Shown here: in pieces, positions 1 to 7,729 of the stretch | Layout: the number at the start of each line of letters is the position of its first letter | Numbering within the stretch: the stretch's first letter is position 1 | Assembly: GCA_038060895.1 (NCBI GenBank) | Contig: JBBTCT010000045.1 | Span: 1 to 18,662 of the forward strand | Length of the DNA stretch: 18,662 bases | From: Planctomycetota bacterium | Lineage (GTDB): Bacteria > Planctomycetota > MHYJ01 > WSZJ01 | Direction of reading: 5' to 3' | Notes under the pieces: generated by a model | Database searches by the model: none | Seen by the model: only the letters and a program-made list of their open reading frames with translations | What the model was told of the DNA's origin: nothing | Translations under genes and position numbers: made by a program

Positions 1-1800
1 GGTCGCCGCCGCCGTCGCGTCGCCGGCGGCAGCCCGGGCGAGGAAGCGGTCCTGGATTGCGAAGAAGTTGTCGAGTTCCAGGTCGAGGCGATCGAACGAA
101 GACGCGGCGGAGGGGCCGGCGGCGGTCCAGCGACGGACCTGGGAATTGAAATGGCGAGCGTGGCGATCCTCCAGGGCGCGCCAGGGCGCTTCGCCGCGGG
201 ATTCGCGGAAGTGCCGTTCGCCGAAATCGCGGATGGCCCGGAAGAAGGAGAAGCGGGTGCCGAACGGTGTGTCGTGCGTGCGAAGGAGGCTGCGGTCGCG
301 CAGCGCCTGCACGGCGTCGATGGCGAGCGGCGCGTCCGGTTCCGCGGAGAGATCGATGACGTCCTCCGCGGACTCCAGGAAAAAACCGCCTCGAAAGGCG
401 CAAACCTGGTGGAAGGCGCTCTTCTGCCACTCCGAAAGGAGTCCGTATGACCACTCGAGCGCGCCCGCGAGGGACTGGCGGCGACGGGGCCCACCAGTGG
501 GGGAGGTGTCGCGCAGGTGGAACTGGCTCTCCAGCTCGCGGAGCATTTCCTCCGGGGGGAGTTCGGCGAGCCGCGCTGCGGCGAGCTCGATCGCCAGCGG
601 GATTCCCTCGAGGTCGGCGCAGATCCGCCCCACCGCCGACGCATTGCCGTCCGATAGCCTGAATCCGGGACGGGCGAGGGTGGCCCGGTCGAGGAACAAT
701 TGCGCGGCTTCGAATGCTTCAAGTCCCTGTGCGGTCGCCGCAGATTTCAGCGAGCCGGGGCTTGAGAGCGGGCCCAGGGCGACTTCGCGTTCGCCGGAGA
801 GGCCGAGGAGCGAGATCGAAGTGACGAGGAAACGCACCTGGCGCGCGTGTCTCGTCCAGAGTCCGATCGTCGCCGCGGCGTGGTCCACGAGCGCTTCGAA
901 GCCGTCGATGACGAGGAGGAGAGGCTTGCGATACTCAAGGGCGTCCGCCACGGCGGCCGCCGGGTCTTCGCCGGCAGGAAGCGGAACGCCGAGGGCATGG
1001 GCGACCGCACGAGAGACGTCGGCCGAGGTTCGCGCTTCCATGAGGTCCGCCAGCCAGCAGCCGCCCTCGAACTGTGGGAGCAGGGCAAGTGCGATTTCGC
1101 GGGCGAGCCGCGATTTGCCGATGCCTCCCGGACCTGTCAGCGTCACGAGGCGCCCCGCCTGGGTCGGGAGCAGGGCGGAGATCTCCTGGAATTCCTGCGT
1201 GCGGCCGACAAACCGGTCGGGTTCGGACGAGATATTGGTGGGGCGGCTCGACAGCGTGCGCGCCGGCGGAAACAGGCGGGCCGGGAGCGAAGAGGAGAGG
1301 AGCTGGAAAATCCGTTCCGGCCGGTCGTGCGCGGCGAGGCGGTGCTCGCCCAGGTCCGTGAGGACGCCGAGTGCCAGCGCGTTTCCCGCCAGGCCGCGAG
1401 CCTGCGCCGTCAGGAGAATCTGTCCGCCGTGCGCCGCAGCCGCGATCAGACGGGCGCGTGGCGCGACCTCCGCGGCGGCGTTTGCGTCCCCCTGGACATC
1501 CCCCGCGTGAACGCCGATCCGCACCAGGAGTTCGCCGGCCAGGGCAGGCCAGGGATAGTCATGAAGTGCCCGCTGGGCCGTGAGGGCGAACGCGACGGCC
1601 TCGTCCGCCGAAGGAAACTCGAACGTGAACGAGTCTCCCTCCGTCGCAATTTCCCGCCCTGCTTTCGCGGATTCCCGCAGGATGCGGTTGTGCTCCGAGA
1701 GCAGCGGCGCGAATCCAGGTCCGAGCCGCTCCCAGAGCCGGGTGGACCCCTGGATGTCGGTATGCGCGATCGCGGAAAACGTGGTCACCAGGACGGGCAC
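1..1800 (-). CDS. Class III adenylate/guanylate cyclase-domain + STAND (NB-ARC/AfsR-like) ATPase protein, C-terminus (probably TPR) runs off the window
   Basis: Manual translation of the minus strand, open from an upstream in-frame TAA (1873-1875) to base 1. Cyclase motifs HTDIQGSTRLW, TEGDSF, LLVRIGVHAG, AAAAHGGQILL and DLGEHRL. Then FVGR, Walker A GPGGIGKS (1111-1134), Walker B LLLVIDGFE, STAND GxP motif LEGIPLAIELAAARL, and ALEWSYGLL. The start is uncertain: GTG at 1800 or 1788. Confidence 0.9.
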   Translation of the reverse strand, partial: MPVLVTTFSAIAHTDIQGSTRLWERLGPGFAPLLSEHNRILRESAKAGREIATEGDSFTFEFPSADEAVAFALTAQRALHDYPWPALAGELLVRIGVHAGDVQGDANAAAEVAPRARLIAAAAHGGQILLTAQARGLAGNALALGVLTDLGEHRLAAHDRPERIFQLLSSSLPARLFPPARTLSSRPTNISSEPDRFVGRTQEFQEISALLPTQAGRLVTLTGPGGIGKSRLAREIALALLPQFEGGCWLADLMEARTSADVSRAVAHALGVPLPAGEDPAAAVADALEYRKPLLLVIDGFEALVDHAAATIGLWTRHARQVRFLVTSISLLGLSGEREVALGPLSSPGSLKSAATAQGLEAFEAAQLFLDRATLARPGFRLSDGNASAVGRICADLEGIPLAIELAAARLAELPPEEMLRELESQFHLRDTSPTGGPRRRQSLAGALEWSYGLLSEWQKSAFHQVCAFRGGFFLESAEDVIDLSAEPDAPLAIDAVQALRDRSLLRTHDTPFGTRFSFFRAIRDFGERHFRESRGEAPWRALEDRHARHFNSQVRRWTAAGPSAASSFDRLDLELDNFFAIQDRFLARAAAGDATAAAT

Positions 1801-1873
1801 CGTCGCGCGGCGGCGGCGCGAGGTCAAGCAGAAGGAATGTTCGTTGCCGTCGCCATTTCCCGCCCCCGTCGAT

Positions 1874-1879
1874 TACCCT
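1874..1879 (+). promoter_or_regulatory. Candidate -10 element (TACCCT) for a leaderless glgP transcript
   Basis: TAnnnT hexamer 6 nt before ATG 1886. No Shine-Dalgarno and no convincing -35. Confidence 0.3.
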
Positions 1880-1885
1880 TCCCCC

Positions 1886-4021
1886 ATGCCCACCACCCTG
1901 AGCGACAAACTTCGCACCCTGGCATCCAACCTCTTCTGGACCTGGCACCCCGAGATCATCGGGGTGTTCCGCGACCTCGACCCCGAACTTTGGAAGCAGG
2001 TCAATTACTCCCCGGTCGCCTTCCTCCGCGCGCTTCCCTCCGACGAAGTCGACCGGCGGTCCCTCGTCCTCAATCTCGAAAGCCGGATCAACTTTGCCTA
2101 TCACCGTCTCGTGGAGTACCTCCGCGCCGAGCATACCTGGGCGCGCTTTCATGCCGGCCCGCTCAACGTGCGTCCCGTAGCTTACTTCTCCGCGGAGTTC
2201 GGGATTCACGAGTCGCTCCCGATCTACTCGGGCGGCCTCGGGGTGCTTTCGGGAGACCACCTCAAGAGCGCGAGCGACCTGGGCGTGCCGCTGGTCGGCG
2301 TCGGACTCCTCTATCACCAGGGCTACTTCCGCCAGACGCTCAGCGCCGACGGCTGGCAGCAGGAAGAGTACGGCTTCATGCCGATCGACGACCTCCCCCT
2401 TCAGCCCGCGCTCGACGCGCAAGGGCGCGTGGTGGAAGTCTCCATCGACCTCCCCTCGGGGCGACTGGCTGCGAGGGTGTGGCGCGCCGAAATCGGCCGG
2501 GCGACGCTTCTGCTTCTGGACTCGGACGTCGCGAGCAATTCAGCGGCGGACCGCGAGCTCACCGCGCGCCTGTACGGCGGCGACCGGCGCATCCGCATCC
2601 GCCAGGAACTGATCCTCGGATTCGGCGGGCTCCGCGCCCTGCGCGCCTGCGGCTTCGATCCCGGCTGCTACCACCTGAACGAGGGACACTCCGCCTTCGT
2701 CACGCTCGAGCGCGTCCGCGAGCGCGTCGAGAACGACGGCTACTCGTTCGAGGATGCCTGCCGCGACGTCGCCCTCCATACCGTCTTCACCACGCACACC
2801 CCCGTCGAAGCCGGCCACGACCGCTTCACCCCCGAACTGTTCGACGAACACCTCAGCTGGCTGCGCGACCGCCTCGGCGTCTCGCGCGAACAACTCCTCG
2901 GCCTCGGCCGCGTTCACCCGGGCGACCAGGGCGAACCCTTCTGCATGACCGTCGCCGCGCTCCGGCTTTCTCGAAGCGCCAACGCCGTCTCGGCGCTTCA
3001 TGGCCACGTCTCCCGTCGGATGTGGAACCGTCTCTGGCCTCAGCGCGACGAGCGCCTCGTGCCGATCGGCCACGTCACCAACGGCGTCCACATCGCGAGC
3101 TGGCTGTCGCCGTCGATGGCGAAAGTCTACGAACGCAACGTCGGCGAACGCTGGATCCACCGCCTCTGCCATCGCGACGCGTGGGAGGGCGTGGCCAAGA
3201 CCCGCGACCTGGAGTTGTGGGAAGCGCATCTTTACGAGAAACACAAGCTCGTCGAGTTCGTGCGTCACCGGCTCGCGGAGCAGGAGGCGCGCCGCGCGCC
3301 GCACGACGCCAGCGCGCCGGCGAAAGCGGCGAGGCTGCTCTCGCGCAACGCGCTCACCATCGGATTCGCCCGCCGTTACGCCACGTACAAACGCGCGACG
3401 CTTCTTTTCCGCGACCTCGACCGCCTCGCCCGCCTCCTCGGCGACAAGGCGCGCCCCGTCCAGATCATCTACGCCGGCAAAGCCCACCCGCAGGACGACG
3501 GCGGGAAGCGCCTCATCCAGAACATCGTGCAGCTCACGCGCGACCCGCGCTTCCATGGGAAGGTCGTCTTCGTGGAGGACTACGATCTCGGCGTCGCACG
3601 GCACATGGTGCAGGGGGTGGACGTGTGGCTGAACAATCCGGTGAAGCCTCTCGAGGCGTGCGGGACCAGCGGCATGAAGGTGACGCTGAACGGCGGGTTG
3701 AACCTCTCGATACTCGACGGCTGGTGGGCCGAGGCCTACGACGGGAGCAACGGCTTCGCGATCGGTTCCGGCGACGTGCACGCGAATTCGGACGTGCAGG
3801 AAGGGCGCGATGCCGACTCGCTGTACGAGGTGCTGGAGAAGACGATCGTCCCGCTGTACTTCAAGCGAAACGTCGAGGATGTCGCCGTGGACTGGGTCGC
3901 CCGGATGAAGAACGCGATCACTTCCATGGCGTGGCGCTTCAACAGCGACCGCATGGTCATGGACTACATGCTGCAGTGCTACCTCCCTGCGTGCGGGGGG
4001 CTGTCGACGCAGATGAAGTAG
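1886..4021 (+). CDS. glgP: Alpha-glucan (glycogen/starch) phosphorylase, 711 aa
   Basis: N-terminal LASNLFWTW (DUF3417-type), VAYFSAEFG, YSGGLGVLSGDHLKSASDLG, HLNEGH, FTTHTPV, TNGVH, GFARRYATYKR, GKAHP, and PLP-lysine motif EACGTSGMK. ATG at 1886 chosen because the track's 1580 start overlaps the divergent cyclase gene. Confidence 0.97.
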   Translation: MPTTLSDKLRTLASNLFWTWHPEIIGVFRDLDPELWKQVNYSPVAFLRALPSDEVDRRSLVLNLESRINFAYHRLVEYLRAEHTWARFHAGPLNVRPVAYFSAEFGIHESLPIYSGGLGVLSGDHLKSASDLGVPLVGVGLLYHQGYFRQTLSADGWQQEEYGFMPIDDLPLQPALDAQGRVVEVSIDLPSGRLAARVWRAEIGRATLLLLDSDVASNSAADRELTARLYGGDRRIRIRQELILGFGGLRALRACGFDPGCYHLNEGHSAFVTLERVRERVENDGYSFEDACRDVALHTVFTTHTPVEAGHDRFTPELFDEHLSWLRDRLGVSREQLLGLGRVHPGDQGEPFCMTVAALRLSRSANAVSALHGHVSRRMWNRLWPQRDERLVPIGHVTNGVHIASWLSPSMAKVYERNVGERWIHRLCHRDAWEGVAKTRDLELWEAHLYEKHKLVEFVRHRLAEQEARRAPHDASAPAKAARLLSRNALTIGFARRYATYKRATLLFRDLDRLARLLGDKARPVQIIYAGKAHPQDDGGKRLIQNIVQLTRDPRFHGKVVFVEDYDLGVARHMVQGVDVWLNNPVKPLEACGTSGMKVTLNGGLNLSILDGWWAEAYDGSNGFAIGSGDVHANSDVQEGRDADSLYEVLEKTIVPLYFKRNVEDVAVDWVARMKNAITSMAWRFNSDRMVMDYMLQCYLPACGGLSTQMK

Positions 4022-4027
4022 GACTCC

Positions 4028-4059
4028 GCGGGGAGGTGTTTTCCGGACGCCCCCGCCGC
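4028..4059 (+). other. Imperfect GC-rich hairpin just after the glgP stop (possible 3' stabiliser or weak terminator)
   Basis: GCGG-GGAGGTGT (4028-4039) pairs with ACGCCCCC-G-CCGC (4047-4059), with one G-U pair, one mismatch and one bulge. No U-tract follows. Confidence 0.35.
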
Positions 4060-4069
4060 ATCTCTCGCC

Positions 4070-4075
4070 TACAAT
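4070..4075 (+). promoter_or_regulatory. Candidate -10 element (TACAAT) upstream of the kinase
   Basis: 5/6 match to TATAAT in the glgP-kinase intergenic region. No clear -35. Confidence 0.3.
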
Positions 4076-4117
4076 GAAGGGACAAACCGCGCCCCGGGGG
4101 CGGCGCGATTGAGCACC

Positions 4118-7100
4118 ATGGCCGACCCACTCAACCTCGTAGGCAAGGCGTTCGCGGGCTACGCCGTCGAAAAAAAGATCGGCGCAGGCGGCATGGGCGT
4201 GGTGTTCCGCGCATTCGACGAGCGGCTGCGGCGGGTGGTCGCGCTGAAGATCCTGCCGCCGGCGATGGCGAGGGAAGAGGAGACGCGGCAGCGGTTTCTC
4301 CGCGAGGGACGGACCGCAGCGAAGATCGACCACGGAAATGCGGTGAGGCTGCTGGCGGCGGGGGAGGAGGGGGGGCTCGCGTACCTCGTGATGGAGTTCG
4401 TCGAGGGCGGGTCGCTTCAGCAGCGGATTGACAGGTACAAGCGGCTTCCGCCCGCCGAGGTCATCTCGATCGCGCGGCAAGTGGCGCTCGCGCTCGGCGC
4501 AGGACACCGGCTCGGAATCATGCACCGCGACGTGAAGCCTGCCAACGTGCTCTTCACGCGGGACGGCGAAGCGAAACTGGCCGACTACGGGCTGGCGAAG
4601 GAAGACCGCGGGGAGCAGAGCCTGTCGATGACGGGGATGGTGATGGGGACGCCGCACTACATGGCGCCGGAAGTGTGCGAGGGAAAGAAGGCGGACGCAC
4701 GGAGCGACCTCTACGCGCTGGGCGTGATGATGTACTACATGGCGTCGGGGAAGTACCCGTTCGACGCCGACGCGGTGATGCAACTGCTCATGGCTCACGT
4801 GCAGGACATCGCGCCGCCGATCGAGAACGCGCCCCCGGCGATGTCGGACGTGATCGATCGGCTGATGGCAAAGGACCCGGCCGCGCGATTCCAGAACGCC
4901 GACCAGCTGATCGCGGCGCTCGATACTGCCGCGCGCGATCCGGGGGCCGCACTGGGAGGACCGGCGGCCTCCAAGGCGAGCGGCGTGAAACCGCCGTCGG
5001 GAAGCGGCGCAGGATCCGCGGCGGCTTCTCGGAGCGGCGCTCCGCCGCCCGCGCAGGCGAGCGGAGTTCGCTCTCCTTCCGGCATGGCGGCCACCGGATC
5101 CTCTTCGATGCCCGGCAACACGGCCCCCCTTTCGATGGCCGCGCCGCTCCCCGTTCCGCGCTGGCATTTCGCCGCGTACGCCGTCGCCGGCATGGCCTTC
5201 CTCGTTTCGGGGGCACTTCTCGTCTGGGTCTTCACGCGCGACAAGGGTGAAAGCCCGAAGCCCGGACCGGGTCCCGTCGGCGGCAACGGTGGAGCGAAGG
5301 TCGAGCAAAATGTCGATCCGGCGGCGCTTGCGCGGGGAGAGTTGACGCGGAAGTGGGCGGCCTTCCAGGCCAGGGTGCGCAAGGACGGGGTCGACCTGGA
5401 GGCGTGCCTGGCGGAGGCCGGTGACTACGTCTCCGTTGACGCGGCCGGAGTTGAGAAGATCCGGGGTGACTTGCTGGGCAGGCTCAAGGACCTTTATCTC
5501 GGGAGAGTTAGCGCCCGCGGCGACCAGCTTGTCGCCGACGCCGGCAAGGGCACGGAGTCGGCGCTTGCGGCGGCGCACGAGCGGGAGAAGTGGCCGGAGC
5601 TCCCGTTCCTGACCGAGCTGCGCGACGCCGAGGACGCCGTCGAGGTCCGAGTCTGGAATTCCTACCTGGACAGATTGACGCGGGAAGTCCAGGCAACGGT
5701 TTCAAAGGACGAGTTCCGCCTGGCGATGGACCGCTGGGACCTGGTCGAGCCACCCAAGATTGTCGGGCGCAAGAGGATCGAAGAAGAGCAGAAGGCGGTC
5801 TGGCGAAAGGCGAAGGACGTCGCGGATCGCGCCATTGATTCCTCTCACGGCACCACCGGCGTCAAGGCGCTTCGAGACCTCGCGAAGAAAATGCCCAAGG
5901 ATCTCAAGAACTTCCTCGAGCAGCGCGCCTTTGACATCGAGCAGGCGGAAGACTCCGGGAACCCGCTGGACCAGCTGGGTGGAATGCTCTCCGCGCGGGA
6001 TTTCGCGGGAGTGTTGCGACAGCTCCAGGTGCTCGAGGAGTCGGGGAAGTACAAGGACAAGCCGCAGGTCTTCGAGAATCCGCGCAGGATGGCCAGGGCG
6101 TCGGTGAAGACGGTGAAGCGGGCGATGGACGCGTGGCGCGGGATGCTGGGCAAGGAGGTTTCCATCCAGCGAGTGGACGGGACGTTCGCGAAGGGCACCG
6201 TGTATGAAGTGGCGGACGCCGAAGACCAGGTGACGCTGGAAGCTGGAGGCGGCCAGAGCACGATCCGCCTTCCGGAAATCTCGGCGAAGGCGCTCGCCGA
6301 GGCCGCGATCGGGCCTGCACCCGGGAATCCGGACATCCAGGACGCCCTCGACTTCGCCCTGGCCCTGCGCGACCGCCCCGCCGCGCTGGACCTGCTTCGC
6401 AGGCTGATTCGCCGCGGCGTCGAGATCGACGCGTGGCAACAGAAAGCCATCGCGGACATGCTGCCCCGCGAACAACTCGCGGAGGCGGAGTCCCGGCTCG
6501 CAGCGATCAAGTCGGCGACTCCGGGCCCCCCGGCGGCGGACCTGGCGCGCATTTTCCTCGAGAAATTCCGGGACTGGCCCATCAAGGGCGAGGACCGCTC
6601 GGCAGTGGAACGAATGCTCGCCGCTTCCGCAGCGAAGTGGACGCCTTCCGACCTCGAGCTCGTCTGCGGTGGAACGGTCGAGCATCTGGCGGACGGCGCG
6701 GCGCGCGTCTCTTACACCGACGATCGCCTGTTCGAGGACGCCCTCGGGATGGGCGGAGTCCAGCTGACGGGGGGAGAAGGGCTGACGATCGTGCCGAACG
6801 ACGACGGCGCGCTGCTCGCGTTTCCGCTGATCAAGTGGAAAGATCCGAAGATCCGCATGGAAGTCAAATGCACGGACAAGTACTTCGCGCTGATTCCCGC
6901 GTGGCGCAGCTGGTCAGAAGGGCTGCCTACGATCCTGGCGCTCCAGGACGGCCTCAGCCAGTCGCTCATTCACCTCCCGATGGGCGAGTCGTTCTCCTCC
7001 GTCCCGACGAAGGAGAGCGGCTGGTACACGGTCGAGATTTCGATCAGCGGAAGCCAGTACTCCGTCACCGTGAACGACACGATGACGAAGACGACGCTTC

Positions 7101-7729
7101 TGTTCCCGTGGGAGGGAGGCGTCGCGTTTTACCTGACGGCGCCCCTCGTGATTCGCTCCCTGTCCATCTCCGGCAAGCCTTCGTGGGCCGCCGAGGACAT
7201 CGAGGCGCAGGTTCGCGAACTCTCGGCGCTTGTGGCGGAAAACAAGGAAACCGACGTCGCCGCGGGACAGTGGCTCCGGCCTGCGTCGAAGGAGAAGTCC
7301 GTCACCCTGAAAGCGGAAAACGGGGAGCAGTTCGTGCGGCCGCCCCAGTGGTCCCACGGGCCCGACTACATTGTTCGCTTCAGCGCGGCCGTCACCGGGC
7401 CGGGGACAACCGAGAAGTGGCCCGAGCTCGTGCTGGACTTCCGTTGCGGCACGAAAATCCAGCGACGCTTCTACTTGAGCGGCCAGAGCAAGACCGGATT
7501 CCTGCAGGGCGACCGCTGGCAGACCTCGGGGCTCTGCAAGGAAGTGCAGCCCAGGGAATCACACGAGATCGCGCTGGTGGTGAAGGGCGACATGGCGCTG
7601 CTGGTCGTCGACGGTGAACCTGCCTGGATGGGGCACACGGGGCCCGCGGCAACGGGCGGGCCGGCGATCGGGGTCAAGAACGGAACGCTGGAGCTGAGCG
7701 ATCTCAAGGTAAGGGGATTGTCCAAGTGA
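4118..7729 (+). CDS. Membrane-anchored Hanks-type Ser/Thr protein kinase with large C-terminal extracytoplasmic region
   Basis: IGAGGMGVV, VALK, HRDVKPAN, DYG, GTPHYMAPE, DARSDLYALG. Ser/Gly/Ala/Pro linker, one TM segment (WHFAAYAVAGMAFLVSGALLVWVF, about 5161-5233), helical stalk, and two C-terminal beta-rich domains. Start is ATG 4118 or TTG 4109. Confidence 0.95.
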   Translation: MADPLNLVGKAFAGYAVEKKIGAGGMGVVFRAFDERLRRVVALKILPPAMAREEETRQRFLREGRTAAKIDHGNAVRLLAAGEEGGLAYLVMEFVEGGSLQQRIDRYKRLPPAEVISIARQVALALGAGHRLGIMHRDVKPANVLFTRDGEAKLADYGLAKEDRGEQSLSMTGMVMGTPHYMAPEVCEGKKADARSDLYALGVMMYYMASGKYPFDADAVMQLLMAHVQDIAPPIENAPPAMSDVIDRLMAKDPAARFQNADQLIAALDTAARDPGAALGGPAASKASGVKPPSGSGAGSAAASRSGAPPPAQASGVRSPSGMAATGSSSMPGNTAPLSMAAPLPVPRWHFAAYAVAGMAFLVSGALLVWVFTRDKGESPKPGPGPVGGNGGAKVEQNVDPAALARGELTRKWAAFQARVRKDGVDLEACLAEAGDYVSVDAAGVEKIRGDLLGRLKDLYLGRVSARGDQLVADAGKGTESALAAAHEREKWPELPFLTELRDAEDAVEVRVWNSYLDRLTREVQATVSKDEFRLAMDRWDLVEPPKIVGRKRIEEEQKAVWRKAKDVADRAIDSSHGTTGVKALRDLAKKMPKDLKNFLEQRAFDIEQAEDSGNPLDQLGGMLSARDFAGVLRQLQVLEESGKYKDKPQVFENPRRMARASVKTVKRAMDAWRGMLGKEVSIQRVDGTFAKGTVYEVADAEDQVTLEAGGGQSTIRLPEISAKALAEAAIGPAPGNPDIQDALDFALALRDRPAALDLLRRLIRRGVEIDAWQQKAIADMLPREQLAEAESRLAAIKSATPGPPAADLARIFLEKFRDWPIKGEDRSAVERMLAASAAKWTPSDLELVCGGTVEHLADGAARVSYTDDRLFEDALGMGGVQLTGGEGLTIVPNDDGALLAFPLIKWKDPKIRMEVKCTDKYFALIPAWRSWSEGLPTILALQDGLSQSLIHLPMGESFSSVPTKESGWYTVEISISGSQYSVTVNDTMTKTTLLFPWEGGVAFYLTAPLVIRSLSISGKPSWAAEDIEAQVRELSALVAENKETDVAAGQWLRPASKEKSVTLKAENGEQFVRPPQWSHGPDYIVRFSAAVTGPGTTEKWPELVLDFRCGTKIQRRFYLSGQSKTGFLQGDRWQTSGLCKEVQPRESHEIALVVKGDMALLVVDGEPAWMGHTGPAATGGPAIGVKNGTLELSDLKVRGLSK

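Noticed and set aside
68-1510. 480-aa plus-strand ORF
   Set aside because: Ser/Arg-rich antisense shadow of the motif-rich minus-strand cyclase-STAND gene.
1-1800. STAND ATPase as an Avs-type anti-phage system
   Set aside because: The architecture matches the common cyclase/AfsR-like signalling STAND class. No nuclease, TIR or SIR2 effector or defence neighbours are visible, although the C-terminus is outside the window.
1580-1885. N-terminal extension of GlgP in the ORF track
   Set aside because: It overlaps the divergent cyclase gene, and family similarity begins after ATG 1886.
847-4077. 1076-aa plus-strand ORF
   Set aside because: Antisense to the cyclase gene, then an alternative frame of glgP. 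Arg/Pro-rich with no motifs, as expected from high-GC codon bias.
2540-5578. 1012-aa minus-strand ORF
   Set aside because: Antisense shadow of glgP and the kinase, which share a frame. No recognisable domain.
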